Shown here one piece after another: positions 52,604 through 60,600 of a DNA stretch of 64,000 nt. This DNA comes from Isurus oxyrinchus (lineage: Eukaryota): assembly GCA_026770705.1 (NCBI GenBank), contig JANJGN010000016.1, forward strand, positions 87,792,001-87,856,000. Reading direction: 5' to 3'. Position 1 is the first letter of the stretch; each line of letters starts with the position of its first letter. A model generated the notes under the pieces. The model made no database searches and was not told the DNA's origin. It saw only the letters and a list, made by a program, of their open reading frames with translations. Both the position numbers and the translations under genes were made by a program.

Positions 52604-52638
52604 GGTTACGTTCGGTAAAGGAACCAAACTCAGACTGA
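52604..52638 (+). CDS. IGKJ: J segment (VTFGKGTKLRL-S)
   Basis: FGxG motif directly after the 23-RSS; perfect phase-1 donor A|GTAAGT at 52639. Confidence 0.97.
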
Positions 52639-53284
52639 GTAAGTAAACCCCAATCCTCTCTTATTAACCCTTTCAATACTAAAACTTTCTCAAACACTAA
52701 TGCTGAATAGTTGAAGGTGTTAGTGAGGAGCTGCAGTGAATGAAATGGTTCAGTGAACAACACTGTGTATAACAGGGTGCCCAACTGTATTTCTTTCATT
52801 ACATTCCCCCCTTTAAGCAGCAAGATAGAAATAACCAACTTTTACCCACCGTCTAGAGGAGATCTGGACGTTTGCAGACTGTGCTGACATTGCTGCACCA
52901 TGGACTGAAATCACTCACTAGACTCCTGTCAGTCTCAGTGTGACAGACACGGGCAGAGTTTGATATGAGCTCCGGCTCCCTCTCACAGTCTCTGATATAA
53001 CTGATCACAGCACCAGCACAGTGAGACACCGAGGTCCCACCTCCCCCAGCTTGAACTCTGCTCTCTCCACTCCCTGGTTATCTCTTGGCAAATTTCTGAT
53101 GACAAACAGGTAGAGCAGGGCCCACAATCCAGTGGCTTCAGTGTTCCAGGATTTCGGGGAGACTCTCCGTTTCCCCCGAATGTTTAAGTGTCACCCTCTA
53201 GACTCCAGACCTCCTGGAATCTGCTCTCCATCTCTCTCCTGAAGACACTGTCTCTGACTGGGGAACAGCTCCACCCTCCCCAAG

Positions 53285-53615
53285 TGGGCTCATTCCTCCA
53301 AGTGACTTGAGCACATAATCCAGGCTGAGACTCCAGTGCGGTATTGAGGGAGGGCAGCACTGTCAGAGGAGCTGTCTTTCAGATGAGACAAACTGAGGTC
53401 TGCCCTCTCAGTGGGATGTAAAAGTTCCCATGGCGCTGTGAGAAGAATAGCAGGGGAGTTCTTGCGCATTTTCTGTTTAGTATTTATCTCTCAAAGAACA
53501 TCACAAAAAAACCTGACTTTCTGGCCATCATCACTCTACTGACTGGGATCTTACTGTGTACAGTTAGCTGTAAAAATCCTGAGATGATGACTGGTGCTAT
53601 AGAAATGCAAGTATT
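53285..53615 (+). mobile_element. Decayed Deu-domain SINE (SacSINE1/AmnSINE1-like) in the J-C intron
   Basis: GACTTGAGCACATAATCCAGGCTGA..GTCTTTCAGATGAGAC..TAAAAGTTCCCATGGC..GCAGGGGAGTTCT and tail GCTATAGAAATGCAAG resemble DeuSINE as I recall it; not database-verified. Confidence 0.7.
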
Positions 53616-54029
53616 GAGACTGAAGGTTCCTAATCCTGACCCTCGCACTCACACTTTCCATGGTTCATGGTGTCATTCGGAGTCGTGACCTTGTCTGACC
53701 CCCAGACCCTGAGACTAATTGTAGCCTCACCCTTGACCTCTCTCCAGTGCTGGGTGGCAAGGTTTGAAATGAAATCTAGAATCTTCTATACTGAGACCCA
53801 ATCTGAATCCTTTCTGAAGTGGGTTGATCCAAATGTGCTCCAACATTCTGGGATAAAGTTCTCTCAATGTGTGTGTGATCTGAGGATTGTTAATGTGAAC
53901 CTGTTTCCTCGGACAGGCTGATTAATAGTCAGAGCTTCCTGACAGCTTAACAGTGTCTTAGAGGGACACTGAGTCTTTAAACACTCTTACTATTAACCAT
54001 TTCAGTGCTGAATTTGTGGTAACCCTCTT

Positions 54030-55392
54030 TACAAATGTCTAAGTAACAGCCCAATATGATTTAACCAGCTTAACATCAAACCTTTACCTCCTGCCACTCA
54101 ACCAATTTGAAACACAACTTGCTCCTTTCCCTGGCATCCAATGAGTTTTAACTTTCTGACCAGTCTGTCCATGTCAGAAGTCTTGCTAAAATCCACATCG
54201 ATTACATCAAACTCGCTATCGTTGTCAACCCTTCTTGTTACCTCCTCATGATGATGAGAATTTCTCTTAGAAAGATTTCTGACATTTGCCCACCACTGAG
54301 GTTAGAGTGACTGGTCTGTAATTTCTCAGTCTATCCCTTCCTCCCTTTTTAAACAACATTATCAGTCCTCCAGCCCTCTGTAACCACACCCCTTTCCAGA
54401 GAGGATTGGGAAATAATGGTCAGAGCCTCTGCTATTTCTTCCCTTGTTTCCTTTCCTGCCTGGGATACAATTCATCCGGGTCTGGGGATTTATCCACTTT
54501 CCAAGATGCTGAACACATTAATATCTCCTCTCTCACCATGTTTATCCCATCCAATATTTCACAATTCTGCTCCTCCTCAACTAGAATGTCCGCGTTGTCC
54601 CTCTCTTGTGTGAAAACAGATGTAAATTATTCATTCAGAACCATCTATGTGCTTCCAACCCCACCCCCTCCCCCCAATACAGAGAGTGAGTGAGACGGAG
54701 GGAGGGAGAGAGAGGGAGAGTGAGAGGGAGAGAGAGAGGGAGAGAGAGAGAAGGAAAGAGAGAGAGAGTCAGAGAGTAAGGAGGAGAGAGAAGGAGGGAA
54801 AGAGGGGGAGAGGGAGGGAGAGAGAGGGAGAGGGTGACAGAGATACAGAGAGAGAGAGTGGGTGAGAAAGAGATACAGGGGGAGACAGAAAGAGTGACAG
54901 AGAGTGAGTGACAGAGATCTATTTTTTGGTCTCCAATTGGCCTTACTCAATCTTTAGTTATCCTCTTGCAATGTCCCACGCTATTTCTTTGTGTGAAGAT
55001 ATTTGTTCTGAGCCCATTTTATATCTTTCCTGAATGTTTCCCATTGCTCTGACACTGATTTATCTTCAGGTTTCTGTTTCCTGTCCATTTTGGCAAATTG
55101 GCCTTTCCCTAATGTACAAATTTTACACTTTACCTTTTTCCATAACTGCTCTAAATCTAACTGAATTATGATCACTATTATCCAAATACTCTCCCACTGA
55201 TACACCTTCCACCTGGCCAGATTCATTCCCTGAAATTGTCTAAAACTGCCCCTTCTCTTGCTGAGTTTGTTATGTTCTGCCGAAAAAAAATCACCTGGAT
55301 GGATTATAAGAATTTTGCATCATCTAAACATTTACACAGATTTCATCCCAGTTAATATTCGGGAAGTTGAAATTCATTATAATGACAGTGAT
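54030..55392 (-). mobile_element. Decayed CR1 ORF2 fragments in the J-C intron, split by a GA-rich tract (~54680-54915)
   Basis: Minus strand: IIMNFNFPNINW (decayed GDFN, ~55345-55390), QWETF, DKSPDPD, DVIDVDFSKTSD-like motifs. Confidence 0.75.
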
Positions 55393-55417
55393 TAAACTTC
55401 CTTCTCTTCCATTTCAG

Positions 55418-55746
55418 GCAGAGAGAAGTCACCACCCACACTGACCCTGCTGCCCCCCTCCCCAGAGGAGGTCAAGACCAAGGGCACTGCCACCCTGGTG
55501 TGCCTTGCCAATCACTTCTATCCCGATGAGGTGAAGGTGGAGTGGAAGAAGGACGGTGCAGCCATTTCGGACGGGGTTCAGACCAGCAACTACCTGCGAG
55601 CTTCAGACAGCACCTACAGCGTCAGCAGCCTGCTGACCCTCTCTGGCTCCGGCTGGGAGTCCAACGCCAGCTTCTCCTGTGTCGTCACCCACGAGAGTCT
55701 TTCCTCTCCCCTCAGCAAGAGCATCAGGAGATCAGAATGTGCGTAG
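55418..55746 (+). CDS. IGKC: Constant-region exon, Ig kappa-type light chain
   Basis: TTTCAG acceptor, phase compatible with J; (S)REKSPPTLTLLPPSPEEVKTKGTATLVCLANHFYPDEVKVEWKKDG..STYSVSSLLTLSGSGWESNASFSCVVTHESLSSPLSKSIRRSECA*; both C1-domain Cys, the Trp and a penultimate interchain Cys are present. Confidence 0.98.
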
Positions 55747-55909
55747 AGTGTTAGAGACAGTCCACAGAGGAGATACAACTTTAAATAGAACAGGGGTGAG
55801 CTGGGAGGGCAAAGGTCATTGTCAGCACCAAATTACAACTCTCTTCCTTCTCAGGACTGGCTCTGAGACACACTTCTGAGGGTCAGGGGTTAAGGCACGT
55901 TATTGGTGC

Positions 55910-56256
55910 AGTGTACAGTGAGGTTCATTCTGTATCTAACACTGTGCTGTACCTGTCCTGGGAGTTTTTGATGGGGACAGTGTAGAGGGAGCTTTACTCT
56001 GTATCTAACCCCGTGCTGTACCTGTCCTGGGAGTGTTTGTTGGGGACAGTGTAGAGGGAGCTTTATTCTGTATCTAACCCCGTGCTGTACCTGCCCTGGG
56101 AGTGTTTGATGGGGACAGTGTAGAGGGAGCTTTACTCTGTATCTAACCCCGTGCTGTACCTGCCCTGGGAGTGTTTGATGGGGACAGTGTAGAGGGACCT
56201 TTACTCTGTATCTAGCCCCCTGCAGCACCTGTCCTGGGAGTGTTTGATGGGTCAGT
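55910..56256. repeat. 69-bp tandem repeat, about 5 copies, in the predicted 3' UTR
   Basis: Unit CTGTATCTAACCCCGTGCTGTACCTGTCCTGGGAGTGTTTGATGGGGACAGTGTAGAGGGAGCTTTACT; explains the 23-aa periodic ORF 55890-56228. Confidence 0.93.
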
Positions 56257-56454
56257 TTAATCTCGTGATGCTAAGTTAAACCTCTCTAAGATGCTGAAGA
56301 CTGTCAGCTGTACAAAAATAATGTGACCCTCCGAAGTGTCTGCTTCAGTAAACCAGACCCCTTCCTGCTCACCCTGCAGTTACAATTTAAGGTTTAGTCA
56401 CTGTTTAAAGGGGCAGGATTCTCATGTTCTGGAGAAAATCTCCACAAGCGTTTT

Positions 56455-56600
56455 AATAAACCTCCATTCTCCCTGTGAATTTCTCCAGCTCCCTCTGGCT
56501 GGGCTGTTTATTCAAGTCTTTTTTCTGTAAATGTCAATGTGTAAAAGGTAATAAACATTAAGAATATTCAGTCTCTGTCTGGTGAGTGCTTTGGAAATGT
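56455..56600 (+). terminator. Polyadenylation signals for the light-chain transcript
   Basis: AATAAA at 56455-56460 and 56550-56555; the second is followed by CA and a GT-rich stretch (GTCTCTGTCTGGTGAGTGCTTT). Confidence 0.7.
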
Positions 56601-56874
56601 CCCACCTCCCCATCAGCTGATTGGCTGCCTTTCAGCAAGTGCTTGTCCTGATTGGCTGGCTGGCCTGTCAATCAATGACACATCAACAGAAGATTTGATT
56701 CAAAGCCAGCTATCAATCATTTTAAAATGATCAGTTTTATCCTGAATCTCTTGAATTTACAAGATTAAAAACAGAAAAGAAACTGGAAGTTGCTGGGATT
56801 AAATCATCACAACCACAATTAAGTCAGGAGTGCAAACTGTAGCCAGTCCAGGAGATGTGCTCTCAGGCCCTGTG

Positions 56875-57200
56875 CTACTTTTACACTCGATCCTGTTGCA
56901 ATAACCCCCAACATTCCATCTACCTTCCGAATCACTTGCTGCATCTGCAAACCGACTTTTTGTGATTCATGCACCAGGACACCCAGATCCCTCTGGATCG
57001 CAGAGTTCTGCAGCCTCGTTCCATTCAAATAATTTACTGCTTTTCTATTCTTCCTACCAAGCGGACAATACACATTCTCCCACATTATTCCCCACCTGCC
57101 AAATATTTCCCCACTCGCTTAACCGATCTAAATCCCTTTATTGGCCCATTCTGTCCTCTTGACAACTTACTTTCCAAGCAATATTTCTGTCATCAACAAG
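56875..57200 (-). mobile_element. CR1 RT fragment, inverted relative to the 50.5-51.1 kb copy
   Basis: GRKNRKAVNYLNG.RLQNSAIQRDLGVLVHESQKVGLQMQQVIRK (ORF 56819-57085). Confidence 0.88.
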
Positions 57201-57202
57201 TC

Positions 57203-57675
57203 TATTTATTTTTTATTCATTTATGGCTTGTGGGTGTCGCTGACTAGGTCAGCATCTATTGCCCATCCCTAATTGCCCTTGAGAATGTGGTGGTGAGCTG
57301 CCTTCTTGAATCATGCTGTCCACGTGGTGTAGGTACACCCACAGTGCTGTTAGGGAGGGAGTTCTAGGATTTTGACCCAGAGACAGTGAAGGAACAACGA
57401 TATATTTCCAAATCAGGATGGTGAGTGTCTTGTAGGGGAACTTCCAGGTCGTGGTTTTCCCACCTACCTGCTGCCCTTGTCCTTCTAGATATCGGTAGTC
57501 GTGGGTTTGGAAGGTGCTGTCTAAGGAGACTTGGCGTGTTTCCGCATTGCATCGTGTAGATGGTACACACTGCTGCCACTGTGTGTCGGTAGTGGAGGGA
57601 GTGAATGTTTGTGGATGTGGTGCCAATCAAGTGGGCTGTTTTGTCCTGGATTGTGTCAAGCTTCTTGAGTGTTGT
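57203..57675 (-). mobile_element. 3' end of a CR1/L2-group LINE
   Basis: TLKKLDTIQDKTAHLIG..IHSLHYRHTVAAVCTIY..GSKS*NSLP.. then tail AGGGCAATTAGGGATGGGCAATAGATGCTG..AATGAATAAAAAATAAAT. Confidence 0.85.
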
Positions 57676-60600
57676 AGGGGGTGGAGGGGTGGGGGTGGGT
57701 GATGCCGTGGGTGGAGGTGGAGGGTGATGCCGGGGTTGGGGGCGTGGGTGATGCCGGGGGTGGGGGGGGGGTGGGTGATGTTGGAGTTTGGGGGTGTGGG
57801 TGATGCTGCCGGTGGGAGGGTGAATGATGCCGGGGGTAGCGTGATGGGTGATGCTGGGGTTGAGGTGCTGGGTGATGCCGGGGGTGGGGGAGAGGGTGAT
57901 GCCGGGGGTGGGGGTGGGAGTGGGGGACAGGGTGTGGGTGATGCCGGGGGTGGGGCACAGGGTGATGCCGGGGGTGGGGGTGGGAGTGGAGGACGGGGTG
58001 TGGGTGATGCCGGGGGTGGGGGGAGAGGGTGATGCCGGGGGTGGGGGTGGGAGTGGGGGACGGGGTGTGGGTGATGCCGGGGGTGCGGGAGTGAGTGATG
58101 CTGGGGGTGTGGGAGGTGGGTGATGCTGGGGGTGCGGGGTGGTTGATGTCGGCGATAGGGGGGGTGGGTGGTTGATGTTGGGGGTGGCGTGATGGGTGAT
58201 GCTGAGGTAGAGGGGGTGAGTGATGCCAGGGATGGGGGAGTGTTTAATGCCGGAGCCGGAGGGGTGGAGGCCGGGTGGGTGGTAGTGGGTGATGCCGGGG
58301 TGATGCCGGGGGTGGGGTTTGAGTGATGCCGGGTGTGACGTGATGGGTGATGCCGGGGGTGAGGGGGGTGTGTGATGCCGGGGTAGTGGGCGTGGGTGAT
58401 GCCGGGGGTGAGGGAGAGGGTAATGCCAGATGTGGGTGTGTGCATGATGCCGGTGGTGGGGGTTGGGTGATGCCGGGGTGGGTGGGTGGGTGATGCCGGG
58501 GATGAGGCGGTGGGTAATGCCGGGTGTAGCATAATGGGTGATGCCAGGGGTGGGGGCATGGTTGACGCCAGGTGATGCCGGGGGTGGGGGGGTGGGTGAT
58601 GCCGGGGTGAAGGGCGTGGATGATGCCTGGGGTAGGGATGGTGGGTGATGCAGGGGGTGGAGAAATGTGTGATGTTCTGGGTGGTGGGGTGGGTGATGCC
58701 GAGCGTGAGGGTGTGTGTGATGCTGAGGGTGGGGGTTGGTTGATGCCTGGAATGGGGGCCTGGGTGATGCAGGGGTGGGAGAGTGAGAAATGCCAGAGCT
58801 GGGGGTTGGGTGGTGCCAGGGCTGGAGGGTGAGGGACCCATGGGTGGGGGATTGGGTGATGCTGGGTTGAGGGAGAGGGTAATGCCGGATGGTGGGGGGC
58901 TGGGAGAAGCCGGGGATGGGGGAGTGTGTGATGCCGGGCGTGACAGGGTGGTGATGCCGGGGTAGGGGGTGAGGGTGATGCCGGAGTGTGGGTGGGGGTG
59001 GTGGGTGATGCCGGGGGTGGTGGGGTGGATGATGCCGGGAGTGGTGGGTGAGGGTAATGCCCGTGTTGGATGTGTGGGTGTTGCTGGGGGTGAGGGGGGC
59101 AGGTGATACCGGGGGTGGGGGAATAGGGGATGCCGGGGGTTGGTGGGCTTGGGTGATGCCGGGCGTGGGGGCGCGGATGATGCCGGGGGTGGGGGTGGGG
59201 TTTGTGGGTGATATCAGGGGTGTTAGGGTGGGTGATGCCAGTGTTGGGGGTGTGGATGCAGCTGAGGGATGGGCTGGTGGGTGATGCCGGGGGTAGAGGG
59301 GGGAGGAGAATGCCGGGGATGGGGGTTGTGGGTTGTCGGGGGTGGGAAGGATGGTCGATGCCATGGGTGGGGGGTGGGTGATGCCTGGGGTGGCGTGGTA
59401 GTCTTTGCCGGCTATGGGAGGGGTGGGTGATGCCATGGTTGAGGTTTGGGTGATGCCAGGTGTGAAGGGGTGGTTGATGCCTGAGGTGGGGGCGTGGGTG
59501 AGGCCATGGGTGGGGGAGTTGGGTGATGCCGGTGGTGGGCGTGTTGATGATGCAGAGGTTGGGGGTGTGGCTGATGCCATGGTTGGGGGGGTGGGTGATG
59601 CTTGGGATGGGGGGGTGGGGGAATAGGTGATGTCGAGTGTGGAGGGAGTGGGTGGTGCCGGGGGTGAGGGGGTGAGTGATGCCGGGGGTGAGGGTGCGGA
59701 TGTTGCTGTGGGTGGGGTGCCAGGTGATGCCCAAAGTGGGGTGGGTAAAGCCTGCGGTGGGTGATGCCAGGGTTGGGGCCTGCGTGGTGCTGGGTTTGGG
59801 GGGCGTTGTTGATTCCGGGGATGGGGTGGGTGGATGGTGGTGCGGGTGGGGGGGGTGTGGATGATGCCGGGGATGGGAGGGGTGGGTGATGCCATGAATG
59901 GGGGGGGTGGGGGATGCCGTGAGTGGAGGGGTGGGTGATGCTAAGATTGGGGGTTGGTTGATGCCGGGGGTGGGGGGCTGGGTGATGCCGGTGGTGGGGG
60001 TGTGGGTGATGCAGGGGATGGGGTGGTTGGTGATGCCATGGGTGGGGCAGTGGGTAATGCCGGGGGTGGAGGATGTTGGTGATGCCAGGGTTGGGGGAAT
60101 AGGTGATGTTGGGGGTGTTGGGATGGGTGATGCCAGGTGTGAGGGGGTGTGTGATGCCGGGGTTGTGGGCGTGAGTGACGCCTGGGGTCGGGTTGGGCGA
60201 TGCTGAGGGTGGGGGTTGGTTGATGCCTAGGATGGGGGCCTAGGTGATGCCGGGGGGTGGGGGAATGTGAAATGCCAGAGGTGGGGGTGTGGGTGATGCC
60301 GGGGCTGGTGGTGTGGGTGATGCCGGGAGCGTGTGATGCCAGTGTTGGCGGTGTGGGTGTTGCTGGGGGTGGGGGTGGTGGGTGATGCCGGGGTTGGTGG
60401 GGTCGATGATGCCGGGAGTGGTGGGTGAGGGTAATGCCCGTGCTGGGGGTGTGGGTGTTGCTGGGGGTGAGGGGGCATGTGATACCGGGGGTGGGGGAAT
60501 AGGGGGTGCTGGGGGGGTGGGGGGATTGGATGATGCTGGGGGTGGGGGCTGAGGGACCCATGGGTGGGGGATTGGGTGATGCTCAGTTGAGGGAGTGGGT

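Noticed and set aside
52761-52767. CACTGTG as the RSS of a second J segment
   Set aside because: No nonamer at 12 or 23 bp and no FGxG motif downstream.
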